Assembly: GCA_013289265.1 (NCBI GenBank)
Contig: JABDAH010000007.1
Span: forward strand, 1,745 to 65,744
Reading direction: 5' to 3'
Source: Alphaproteobacteria bacterium
Lineage (GTDB): Bacteria; Pseudomonadota; Alphaproteobacteria; UBA9219
DNA length: 64,000 nt
The translations under genes and the position numbers were made by a program. The notes beneath the pieces were generated by a model. The model was not told the DNA's origin. It saw nothing but the letters and a program-made list of their open reading frames with translations, and ran no database searches. Position 1 is the stretch's first letter, and the number at the start of each line of letters is the position of its first letter. Below are positions 43,889-52,904 of this stretch, in pieces.

Positions 43889-44834
43889 TCCCGACATCAC
43901 CCAGGATCTGACCCAAATCTTTGGACCTGGAGAATTTACTACTCAGCCGGGACGCGGCAATAGCAGTGTAGGCGTCTGGAATGGGCAGCATCGTTATTTT
44001 GTCAAAGTCTATCCGCAGGATGATAGCTGGAACCGCCGCGCTTCGGAAAAACAGGCGATTGATTACTATCGCCGCCACGGCATAACCAATGTGCCAGAGA
44101 TTCATCACAGCCATGTTGCACTGAATTACAGCGTTTTCAGCTATATCGATGGCACGCCGTACTATGATGTGACGGCGGATGCTTTTGAGCAAATTCAATT
44201 ATTTTTGAGCAAGATAATGAATTTGTCCGCCATTGACGATTTCGTCAGCGAAGCCAAGGAGGCTTTCTTCACCACGACAACCTTAAAGAGCCACATTGAT
44301 AAACGCCTAGTATTCTTGCGCACAATTGATGATCCTATGCTGCAAGAATACCTCAAAGACGGCATAGACGACTGCCTGACTGCTATTAACTATAATGACT
44401 TCCCAGACCGCGACTTTGGCAAAAAGGCCATTATCAGCCCGTCCGATTTCGGCACGCATAACAGTCTCCTGACCGGTGATAAAAGGCTTTATTTCATTGA
44501 TTTTGAGTATGCCGGCCGGGACTCTTTTTTCAAGTTAATGAGTGACATTTACTGGCATCCAGGCAGTAATCTGACGTTAAATCAACGCTCGGAGCTAATA
44601 GCGCCCTATTTAACCGATGCTGAAGATCGTTCGATTTACAGGCTTGTACGGCTGCTTATGGGCATCAAATGGTCTTTATTATTGCTAAATGAATTTATTC
44701 CTTTTAATTTGCAAAGACGCATGAAGGCATCGGGTGATGCAATGGCTGATGCGCAAAAAATTAAAACACAACAGCTTGTAAAATCAAAGAATGTTCTAAG
44801 GCAGGTAATTGATGACTGGCGCTGCGGCATCTAA
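43881..44834 (+). CDS. Choline/ethanolamine-kinase-like (APH-fold) small-molecule kinase
   Basis: ORF track 43848..44834. The internal ATG at residue 12 overlaps the HAD gene stop. Sequence includes ISPSDFGTHNSLLTGDKRLYFIDFEYAGRD (HN..l...// IDFEYa pattern). Confidence 0.65.
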   Translation: MASPDITQDLTQIFGPGEFTTQPGRGNSSVGVWNGQHRYFVKVYPQDDSWNRRASEKQAIDYYRRHGITNVPEIHHSHVALNYSVFSYIDGTPYYDVTADAFEQIQLFLSKIMNLSAIDDFVSEAKEAFFTTTTLKSHIDKRLVFLRTIDDPMLQEYLKDGIDDCLTAINYNDFPDRDFGKKAIISPSDFGTHNSLLTGDKRLYFIDFEYAGRDSFFKLMSDIYWHPGSNLTLNQRSELIAPYLTDAEDRSIYRLVRLLMGIKWSLLLLNEFIPFNLQRRMKASGDAMADAQKIKTQQLVKSKNVLRQVIDDWRCGI

Positions 44835-46383
44835 GAAAACAACAAACTTGCACTCCGTCATTGATGCAGATGCAGCTGGTCCTTCGTCCCTCCCTTCAGG
44901 CGGCGCCCGTAAACTTGTCGGGTTGCAGGGACTAAGCGATATACGCAATCGTTATCCAGATCAGAAAATTGGTCTCTGTCACGGCGCATTCGATGCCATC
45001 CATATTGGCCATATCGAACATATGGAAGAATCCAAAGCACAGTGCGACATTCTGGTAGTTAGTATTACCGGTGACCAGTTTATCACCAAACACCCGCGCG
45101 GTGTTTACCACTCGGCAGCACAACGGGCACAAATGATGGCCAGCCTGTCGGTGGTCGATTTCGTTTACATCGATAATAATCCTGAGGCCATTGAAGTTCT
45201 GCAAAACCTTAAACCGGATTTTTATTTCAAGGGCGTCGATTATGACAAGCAGCTTGAAAAGAACCCGGCCCTGAAACGCGAAGCTGATGCCTGCATGGAA
45301 AATGGCGGCCAGATCGTTTTCACGCAGTCACGCAAACATAGCTCCTCTTACCTGCTGAATAATTTTCTGGACGAGAAGCGCATTATTATTGGCGCCTATC
45401 TGAAGAAATATGGCATTAGCGCCAACGGCGACTATTTAGATGGTATCTACAATGCTTTGGCGACAGCCAATATTCTTCTGCTCGGCGAAGCCATTCTGGA
45501 CGTCTATACTTATGGTTCGCTGACAGGCGTATCCAGTAAATACACGGCCGCCTCGTTCCTGGAAACCAGCACAAAAATGATGGCTGGCGGTTTACTGGTT
45601 CTCATCCCCCTGCTGTCGGACTATGTTCAACAAGTAACGGCGCTGGTGCCCGAAGATTACGTAAAAATGGGCCTTTATAAAAAACGCTCCAATGTATCCC
45701 TGCAGGAACAGCCCTTTCCCTTGGTTGAAAAAACACGGTTCATTTCAGCCAAGAAAAAAGAGCGTTTGTTCGAAACAGTGCGCTTTCTGCATGGGAAAAA
45801 CTTTGCCCTCTCTGGCATTGTTGACGAACTTGTACGGCAGGAGGAGCGCTCAGCCGTCCTAATTTATGACTTCGGTCATGGCTTCTTTGACGGTGCCGCC
45901 CTGATGGAAGCTAATCCCAACCAGTTCTATGCCATCAATGTGCAGGCGAATTCGACAAACTATCCCTTCAATGATGTTCGAAAATATAAACATTTTGACC
46001 TGGTAGCTATCGACGAGCGCGAACTGCGACTTACGATGCGCGACAACAAGTCGAACATTGAAGATCTTATCCAGCTGTTTATTGAAACCTCGCCCATGGC
46101 AGACAAGGCTTATTTCTTCTTTACGTTGGGGGAACGTGGGGCCTGGGGCTATCACAAGGGCGAGAAGGTATTTTGCCCTGCCCTTGTTTCAAGCGTTGTT
46201 GACGCTACGGGTAGCGGCGATGTCTTCCATGCCATTGCTACGCTCTTTATTGTATCCGGCATTAATCTGGGCACAGCGCTATTTTTTGCTAGCCTCTATG
46301 CCGGCCTCTATGCCCAGATTGAAGGGCACGACGGAACCGTTACAAAGCCACAGATCATCAAGGCCATAGCCGCCATGCAATAA
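44812..46383 (+). CDS. Bifunctional protein: N-terminal cytidylyltransferase-like (HxGH) domain plus C-terminal PfkB/ribokinase-family kinase
   Basis: ORF track 44809..46383 (TTG then ATG). The N-domain reads IGLCHGAFDAIHIGHIEHMEESKAQCDILVVSITGD. The C-domain ends ..VDATGSGDVFHA (PfkB signature 2). Domain order is the reverse of E. coli HldE. Confidence 0.7.
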   Translation: MTGAAASKKTTNLHSVIDADAAGPSSLPSGGARKLVGLQGLSDIRNRYPDQKIGLCHGAFDAIHIGHIEHMEESKAQCDILVVSITGDQFITKHPRGVYHSAAQRAQMMASLSVVDFVYIDNNPEAIEVLQNLKPDFYFKGVDYDKQLEKNPALKREADACMENGGQIVFTQSRKHSSSYLLNNFLDEKRIIIGAYLKKYGISANGDYLDGIYNALATANILLLGEAILDVYTYGSLTGVSSKYTAASFLETSTKMMAGGLLVLIPLLSDYVQQVTALVPEDYVKMGLYKKRSNVSLQEQPFPLVEKTRFISAKKKERLFETVRFLHGKNFALSGIVDELVRQEERSAVLIYDFGHGFFDGAALMEANPNQFYAINVQANSTNYPFNDVRKYKHFDLVAIDERELRLTMRDNKSNIEDLIQLFIETSPMADKAYFFFTLGERGAWGYHKGEKVFCPALVSSVVDATGSGDVFHAIATLFIVSGINLGTALFFASLYAGLYAQIEGHDGTVTKPQIIKAIAAMQ

Positions 46384-46385
46384 GG

Positions 46386-47561
46386 CTAGCCGTGTATATA
46401 AAAGAAAAGTGAAATTACGCATAGAATAGCAACAGCGCCACTCATTATGCCACTGGCGACGAAGGCATTTTTTACCTGGAGAGAGCTTCGTGTAGCAATC
46501 CAGCGCCTGCACGGCTTATCGACAAAGGCAAGGGTGAGGGCGGAAACCCCCAACACAACCATTGTAACAACATATTGGTTCGACAAATGGAACTGGTAAT
46601 TCAGCGCAATGAGCAAAGGATAGTGGAGAATAAAAAGTGGATAAGAAATTTCGCCCAGATAGTTAAGTAAAACCGTCAGCCATTGGTTGAGCATTGGTAG
46701 CTTATTTGCGAAGAAAACCAATGTTGAGAATATGTAAAGTGTATAAAGCGAATATTTTCCACCTAAGGGCAGGTAATGATTCAGTAAGACACAGAGAAAA
46801 AGAGGAAAAGTAATTCCCCATACTGCCGACTGATGAAAATAAAAATAGAAACCACAGCCCCAGGCAAAGAACAATGCCAATGCGGCAGTACCGTGTGACA
46901 TATTCGCAAAGTATGGCAATCCAAGATTTTCATGAAACCAATAAAAAACGGCCGATGCGATAATGAGCAAAAGAAACAGAATATGTTTTTTAGATTGAAC
47001 AATTAAAAATAACAAAGGTGCCGTGATGTAGAAAAGCGCCTCTACGGCCAAGGACCAAGAAGTACCGATAATCTGGTCGCCAATAACCCCGTTTAACATT
47101 AAATAATTGATTAGTATTCGCCCAACCTGGGGCAAGGGACCATGCTTCGTGCCGTCGGCAGTAAAAATATCGACCGACATGTAAGCGGCGAGGAAAGCCA
47201 CATAAAATGTTAATGACACCGCAAAAACCGGATAAATCCGGCCAAGTCGTCTTGCATAAAAACCCGACATCTCGCGATTAAAAGAACTGGCAATCGAATA
47301 ACCGGAAATAATCAGAAAGACGAGGATCGCAGCAAATGGCCCCAGTTGGAACAAACGGTAGGTAAACGCTTCGTGTCGAGCCAGCAATCCATAATGCCCG
47401 GCATAGATGATATAAGCCATTATGAAGCGAATAAGCGCCAGATAAGAGAATTGGCTATTCTTATTATGATGAATGGCAGACGGCGCGGTATCGCGATGAA
47501 AGAATGTCACGCGATTAAGTTTTAAAGAAATCATAATCGCCGCTATAACCAACTTCGGCAA
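46386..47561 (-). CDS. Acyltransferase-3 family membrane O-acyltransferase
   Basis: ORF track, 391 aa, with about 10 hydrophobic segments. The start is uncertain (alternative ATG at residue 10). It overlaps the upstream methyltransferase 3' end. Confidence 0.7.
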   Translation of the reverse strand: MPKLVIAAIMISLKLNRVTFFHRDTAPSAIHHNKNSQFSYLALIRFIMAYIIYAGHYGLLARHEAFTYRLFQLGPFAAILVFLIISGYSIASSFNREMSGFYARRLGRIYPVFAVSLTFYVAFLAAYMSVDIFTADGTKHGPLPQVGRILINYLMLNGVIGDQIIGTSWSLAVEALFYITAPLLFLIVQSKKHILFLLLIIASAVFYWFHENLGLPYFANMSHGTAALALFFAWGCGFYFYFHQSAVWGITFPLFLCVLLNHYLPLGGKYSLYTLYIFSTLVFFANKLPMLNQWLTVLLNYLGEISYPLFILHYPLLIALNYQFHLSNQYVVTMVVLGVSALTLAFVDKPCRRWIATRSSLQVKNAFVASGIMSGAVAILCVISLFFYIHG

Positions 47562-48174
47562 ACAACTCTTCCCATTCCGATTCGCGCATAATGGTTTTGG
47601 CGACGAGATTCCAGCTTTCCAACTGTTCCCGTTCTTTCAAGTTTTTATAGCCGTTAACTTTGATAAAAGCTGGACCCTTTGAAACACGCATGATTTCCTT
47701 AAGGGATTGCCGCACGCCCTGTAGATCGAGATTGTGAATAGATGAAATCGCAATCACCAGATCGAAGTTTTTGTCCGGGTAAGGTAGCTTATCGCAACTG
47801 GCCTTCTGCAAATAGGGCGCAACATCCGACATGGCTTTTGATAAAGCGTAATCGGAGATATCGATACCGGCCACTTCCAGCGAGGGCATGGCCAGTTTGA
47901 AGTCATGCAACATAAAACCTTTACCGCAACCGACATCCAGGATCTTGGCGCCCGGCTTCAAGTCGTAATAATAAATAAAATCCCTGACGACCTCGGTAAA
48001 AAATTTGGGATTGTAATGATAACCGCCATACCCAAAGCGCCGCTCGGTATCGAAATAGATTTCATCGAACCGCTGCGCTTTTTCACGATCTTCCTGCGTT
48101 ACTTTGACGCGTTCCGATGTAATTTCTTTGCGCGCAGTCTTCGGGTATTTCCGCATCAGGAAAGTGTTTATCAT
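47515..48174 (-). CDS. Class-I SAM-dependent methyltransferase
   Basis: ORF track, 219 aa. Motif I reads KILDVGCGKGFMLHDF. There is a 4-nt overlap with glf. Confidence 0.8.
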   Translation of the reverse strand: MINTFLMRKYPKTARKEITSERVKVTQEDREKAQRFDEIYFDTERRFGYGGYHYNPKFFTEVVRDFIYYYDLKPGAKILDVGCGKGFMLHDFKLAMPSLEVAGIDISDYALSKAMSDVAPYLQKASCDKLPYPDKNFDLVIAISSIHNLDLQGVRQSLKEIMRVSKGPAFIKVNGYKNLKEREQLESWNLVAKTIMRESEWEELFAEVGYSGDYDFFKT

Positions 48175-49286
48175 TTTAGCTCCTCATAAATGCCAAGCGC
48201 CTGCTCGACACAATCATCGATATCCACCTGATAGTCGTATTTGCCGGCGCGACCGATGGAATACACATTCTTGCCAAGCCGCTTCGCATATTCGTCGTGA
48301 ATGGCACGGAACTTCTTGATCGGCAACGGATAATGCTTGCCGTTGGTGGAAGGCACTTCGAGCCCCAACAATGTACTGGGCGATTTATAGCCCGAGAGTT
48401 TCTTATATTCGACAATGCGGGTATAGGGTTCGGCGTTGGCATAATAGACGAAGAATACATCCTCAGGAAAAGCATGTTCTGTCGGCAAGATAATCGTCGT
48501 CAGATCACGACCCACGAAAGGCAGTTCGCCCAGATCTTCCTTCAGCACCATATCGAGCGCGATGGTATTGACGATTTTGTCATATTTCTTCGGCAAGCCT
48601 TTAACGACGATTTCGCACGTATCGGGACGGATTTCATCGATGGGACAACGCAGATGAAAGGTCGCGAAATCCTGTACCTTGTCAAAGAAATCATTATACC
48701 CGTTGAGCGCGATCGGGTAGGCCGATATGGCCTCGCTCCAGGCGTGCGAGGAGTCTTTCTTGATCGGGGTGCCCTTTGGTGACCAGTTAAAGGTATCGAT
48801 CTGCTTGTTATTCTCAAGCCGCCACATTTTTTTGGAATAGGTGTCGATGAATTTTGAATAGAGAATGGTTCCGACCTTGGAGATCCAGTATTCCTCGAAA
48901 TTCTTCGGCTCCGTAATCTCGACACCCTCAATCGCGTCCAGCTGCTCTTGAATTTCCTTGCCGCGTTTCATGCGTGGAATGTCGCTGGCACTGATCGGGT
49001 AATTGAAAAAGTCAGCTTCTTCTTCCAGATATGTCACGAAGCGATGTTCCAACTTTCGCATCGGCACAATGGAATGCAGATAGTCAAACACTTCCTGCTT
49101 CTTGGTCAGAAAATGGCGGGGCCCGAAAGTATAAGGATGGCCGCCACGGAAATGCGTACGCACGCCAGCGCCTATGGTATTGCCGCCCTCAAAAATTTCT
49201 ATTTCCCAGCCGCCGAGGCGCTGAAATTGATAAGCTGCGGCGCAACCTGCCGTGCCCGCACCGATAATCGCTACTTTTTTCGCCAT
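48171..49286 (-). CDS. glf: UDP-galactopyranose-mutase-like FAD-dependent pyranose/furanose mutase
   Basis: ORF track, 371 aa. Sequence includes KVAIIGAGTAGCAAAYQF (GxGxxG), ..GGHPYTFGPRHFLT..FFNYPI.. consistent with the Glf family. Confidence 0.7.
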   Translation of the reverse strand: MAKKVAIIGAGTAGCAAAYQFQRLGGWEIEIFEGGNTIGAGVRTHFRGGHPYTFGPRHFLTKKQEVFDYLHSIVPMRKLEHRFVTYLEEEADFFNYPISASDIPRMKRGKEIQEQLDAIEGVEITEPKNFEEYWISKVGTILYSKFIDTYSKKMWRLENNKQIDTFNWSPKGTPIKKDSSHAWSEAISAYPIALNGYNDFFDKVQDFATFHLRCPIDEIRPDTCEIVVKGLPKKYDKIVNTIALDMVLKEDLGELPFVGRDLTTIILPTEHAFPEDVFFVYYANAEPYTRIVEYKKLSGYKSPSTLLGLEVPSTNGKHYPLPIKKFRAIHDEYAKRLGKNVYSIGRAGKYDYQVDIDDCVEQALGIYEELK

Positions 49287-49315
49287 CTAACTCAACGCCT
49301 TTTTCAACTGTGGGT

Positions 49316-49768
49316 TTATAGAAATTTTCTTAATTCTTGGCGGCGTTCATCATTCCGCTTGATCATATCGGCGACCTGAAGCACTTTTGCCATCTCTTTC
49401 AATTCATCGTTAGTACGCGCTATTTTCTTTTCCAGCACAAAATGAAAGGTTAGTTTCTTTTGTTGCTGGATATCGAGAATATTTTTCATTTTGCCCGCAT
49501 CCTTGGGCATCATGTGGAAAGAATACATGACGATATTTCCACCAGGCTCAATCGATGTCAGCGTACTGAACAGCTGCATATAACAGCGGGAGAAAATATG
49601 CTCACATTGCGGCATATTATAGCTGAAGTTCATGAGGTTGGCATATTCACGCAGACAGGAATTCTGGGCAGGCACGGGCATTATAAAAGGCCCAAACTGC
49701 TGCGGCGTAACATAGCCCGTAATAGCCAGGGGCTCAGAAGAGGATGTTTTCATTATAAGCCAAGCCAA
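49316..49768 (-). CDS. Hypothetical protein (about 145-150 aa) inside the sugar operon
   Basis: ORF track only. It overlaps the 3' end of the upstream dioxygenase gene. No motif recognised. Confidence 0.5.
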   Translation of the reverse strand: MAWLIMKTSSSEPLAITGYVTPQQFGPFIMPVPAQNSCLREYANLMNFSYNMPQCEHIFSRCYMQLFSTLTSIEPGGNIVMYSFHMMPKDAGKMKNILDIQQQKKLTFHFVLEKKIARTNDELKEMAKVLQVADMIKRNDERRQELRKFL

Positions 49769-50510
49769 TTTTTGTTACTGGCGACATAAACAAAGGTTCA
49801 TAAAAAGTGCCAGTCGTACGTTCATGGGGCACCGCCGCATATTCAGGACTAAAAAGCGATTTGAAACGGCAGTTCAGGGATATGCGGGTTTTATCCGTCT
49901 TATTCAACTGATTGCCATGAAAGAGGGTTGAGCTGAATAAAATACAGTCACCCATCTTGGCATTGGCGATTACCGCATCCTTTTTATTGTCTTCGAACAA
50001 TTCGTTCATGCCTCGATGCTGGTAACTGGGCAAGGCGTCGTAAATTTTCTGACTTTCAGGAGGATGAAAAATATACATGGCGTTGCTGTCAAACGCATCC
50101 GTTACGGCCGTCCATAAGACACATTCAAACTGGCTTTGCCCGCTCATCGTATCGGAATGCATCATAAGGACGGAGCCAGCGTCGTTGGGCATCTGAATGC
50201 TGAGGCATAGTTTGATCTGTATTGAAATATCAGGACCAAACATGGCGCTTAGCTGATCCGCCGCCAGGGAATAATAATCCTTCTTCCAGTTCGGCAGCGC
50301 ATTCAAGGCGTTAAAAATTTTGACGCGCAAAGGGTTGATCTGTTCAACTGTTACATATTTATGGAGAAGATTAAGATCTTCGATGGGATAGCCAACAAAT
50401 TCTTCGGCGACGTCTTTAAAAACCTTCCGGAAACGCGCAAAAGTTTCGGGCTGTGCATTGGGAAAAACGGCGTAGCGATTGCGTTCAAAAGTATCCAGAA
50501 AAACACTCAT
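49734..50510 (-). CDS. PhyH-like Fe(II)/2-oxoglutarate dioxygenase
   Basis: ORF track, 258 aa. Sequence includes LMMHSDTMSG (HxD) ...LFHGNQLNKTDKTRISLNCRF (distal His and Arg). Confidence 0.65.
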   Translation of the reverse strand: MSVFLDTFERNRYAVFPNAQPETFARFRKVFKDVAEEFVGYPIEDLNLLHKYVTVEQINPLRVKIFNALNALPNWKKDYYSLAADQLSAMFGPDISIQIKLCLSIQMPNDAGSVLMMHSDTMSGQSQFECVLWTAVTDAFDSNAMYIFHPPESQKIYDALPSYQHRGMNELFEDNKKDAVIANAKMGDCILFSSTLFHGNQLNKTDKTRISLNCRFKSLFSPEYAAVPHERTTGTFYEPLFMSPVTKIGLAYNENILF

Positions 50511-51418
50511 GCTGCCTGTCCTTTTTCACGGGCTTCTAGAAGAAAGTCTTTAACGACCTTCAACGCATTGTAGGGCGGAAATGACAATGGCTTATAGATG
50601 CTTGTAAGGGTTTGAGCCGGAGCGGTCGCAGGAACTTCGTCCCATAAATCATAGTCAGCCGCTTTTAAAATAGCGCGTAAATTACTGCTTTCGGAAGCAA
50701 ATATATTTGTCGTTAGGCACGCAGTCGAGCCCTTTCCGGTGAAGCCCTTAAAGGCCTCAAATAAAGCCCAACCGGGGCACACGGCATTGAAGGCAGCATC
50801 AGGATTAGCGATTTTGAGGCGAGCTTTTTGTTCTATCGCCAGTTTCCATTTGGATATGAAATTATATTTCACACCGTCGACAAGAAGAACCGGGACCCTT
50901 AGGCCCAACATATTAATTTTTGTCTGGCTATGAAGGGTTGCCATCTCGTGCTCAAACACCAGCTTGGATAAGCCGTAGGGATCGAGATGGGTTTTCTCGC
51001 TCATTTCGTTCAGAACGCTACCTTTGGTGCGATTGTAAACGGCGCTGGAAGATAGATAGAAAATATCTTTCAAATTGCCCGAACCGGCCATGTGCTGGAA
51101 AAGCGCCATCACACCATATACGTTACCGGCATAATAATTATCGAGGGAGCCACTCATATTATTACCCGGCGTAACAGAGGCCAGATGGATAACTGTATCG
51201 ATCGTTTTTAAAGCTGGCAAAGCGAGCATTTCCGCAGACAAATTAGAAAAATCAATTTGCAACGGCTTCAAGCGCGGGAGATTGAAAGCTGGTGCGTTTT
51301 TATTGTAGGCCGCATAAAGAGTCGCGTTCGGAAAATCCTGCGTCAAGCATTTGCAGAAGAATGCGCCGATAGGGCTGCTCGCGCCAGTAATGAGGATATT
51401 TTCAGCTGCCATAACCAC
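50507..51418 (-). CDS. NAD(P)-dependent epimerase/dehydratase-family protein
   Basis: ORF track, 303 aa. Sequence includes ILITGASSPIGAFF...YGLSKLVFE (YxxxK). There is a 4-nt overlap with the downstream gene. Confidence 0.7.
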   Translation of the reverse strand: MVMAAENILITGASSPIGAFFCKCLTQDFPNATLYAAYNKNAPAFNLPRLKPLQIDFSNLSAEMLALPALKTIDTVIHLASVTPGNNMSGSLDNYYAGNVYGVMALFQHMAGSGNLKDIFYLSSSAVYNRTKGSVLNEMSEKTHLDPYGLSKLVFEHEMATLHSQTKINMLGLRVPVLLVDGVKYNFISKWKLAIEQKARLKIANPDAAFNAVCPGWALFEAFKGFTGKGSTACLTTNIFASESSNLRAILKAADYDLWDEVPATAPAQTLTSIYKPLSFPPYNALKVVKDFLLEAREKGQAA

Positions 51419-51420
51419 TC

Positions 51421-51987
51421 CTACTTTATGTGTTCTTCCATCATCCGCATGGCGGCGTGGGCGATCATCAACTGCAGATCTTCGGCAACCTGCATATCGT
51501 CCAGTTCCGCATGCAGCAAAATATCAACCATTGCCTTGGCCTTGCCGCCATTAAAGCCCAGCATGCCAAGTGTCTTTGCGCTGCGGGCTTTGGCCACTTC
51601 CAGCGCCTTGATGATATTGGGTGAATTACCGCTACCACTCAGAACAACCAGCAGATCATTCGGCTTTAGTTTATTTTCCAGCTGGTGCGAGAAAATCTTG
51701 TCATAGCCGATATCGTTGGCGAGACATGTCAGGACAGAGCTGTTGGCGGGCAAAGCTTCCACATTGAACCGGCGGCCTGCATCGCAATAACCATAGGTAA
51801 AGTCGTTAGCCATATGGATGGCATTAGCCGCACTGCCGCCATTGCCGCAAATATAAATCACGCCACCTTTGCTTTTGGCTTCCAGCATCGCCTCTTTCAG
51901 CATACCGCCCCAAAGCGTAAGGGACTTGCGAATATCGACCGCCTCCCACGCCTGAAGGTATTTTTCCATATCCGTTAGTGTCGTCAT
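51421..51987 (-). CDS. gmhA: SIS-domain phosphoheptose isomerase, copy 2
   Basis: ORF track, 188 aa. Sequence includes IYICGNGGSAANAIHMANDF...LLVVLSGSGNSPNII. Confidence 0.8.
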   Translation of the reverse strand: MTTLTDMEKYLQAWEAVDIRKSLTLWGGMLKEAMLEAKSKGGVIYICGNGGSAANAIHMANDFTYGYCDAGRRFNVEALPANSSVLTCLANDIGYDKIFSHQLENKLKPNDLLVVLSGSGNSPNIIKALEVAKARSAKTLGMLGFNGGKAKAMVDILLHAELDDMQVAEDLQLMIAHAAMRMMEEHIK

Positions 51988-52904
51988 TGGATCATCTCTT
52001 TAATTGTTTGCTCAATCGATTGGCGGTCTAACCCGTTTACCTTCAAAGCGGATGGCCGCAACACTGTGGTATTAAATTCCGCTTCCGTCACGCATTTGAT
52101 TTCAACTATGGGCAGTTTCTGCTTTTTCTGTATAGCAGCCGCTAGAATTGAATTTGCCAGCGATCCTACAAGACGATTTTCTTCCAAAAACAGTACCTTA
52201 TCCAGCATGGGGGACACATCTTCTGAAAGATAAGCATGCCAGTCAATAACAGAACGTACGGCAACCGATGCCTGCCCCTGCAGCGCTTTCCTAGCTTCCA
52301 GCGCTTCTTCGGTAATAGCGCCGTGAGTGATGATTTCTACATCTGTTCCCGGCCAATATTTATAACTTCCGTGATGCGTGAAATCGGGAAAATCCGCAAA
52401 AAGCTTACGCTCGCCGCCTTTCTGCAAACGCAAATAGCAGGGTGCTGGTACGACCTCATCAGCAAAAAATTTATCGGTCAGATCGGCGACATCCTGCGCA
52501 TCACAAGGTGTATAAATACGCATATTGGGCAAAACATGCAGTAAGGCCAGGTCTTCAATTCCGTAATGCGTGAAGCCCAGAGAGTCATAAGCAAAACCTG
52601 CACCGACACTGCAGACGATGAGAGGCGATTTGGAATAGGCAACATCGACGCGCAGCTGGTCATGCACGCGTGAAGTAATAAAAGGGTTGATGGTATAAAC
52701 CATGCTCGTAGCATTGAGCGCAGATGAAAAGGCCGCAGCGTACGAAACCATATGCTGTTCGCTAATGCCAAAATTATGGAATTGGTTTGGCCTTTCCACA
52801 CGCAGAGCATCGAACACACCAAAACCGATATCGCCGCAAAACAAATGATGTTTGGGGTTTTTCGCAAAACATTTTGCGAGAGTGACACCGAGTGCTTTTC
52901 TCAC
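51984..52904 (-). CDS. Transketolase, C-terminal (pyrimidine-binding) subunit
   Basis: ORF track, 306 aa. Sequence includes FHNFGISEQHMVSYAAAF... There are 4-nt overlaps on both sides. Confidence 0.8.
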   Translation of the reverse strand: MRKALGVTLAKCFAKNPKHHLFCGDIGFGVFDALRVERPNQFHNFGISEQHMVSYAAAFSSALNATSMVYTINPFITSRVHDQLRVDVAYSKSPLIVCSVGAGFAYDSLGFTHYGIEDLALLHVLPNMRIYTPCDAQDVADLTDKFFADEVVPAPCYLRLQKGGERKLFADFPDFTHHGSYKYWPGTDVEIITHGAITEEALEARKALQGQASVAVRSVIDWHAYLSEDVSPMLDKVLFLEENRLVGSLANSILAAAIQKKQKLPIVEIKCVTEAEFNTTVLRPSALKVNGLDRQSIEQTIKEMIQ

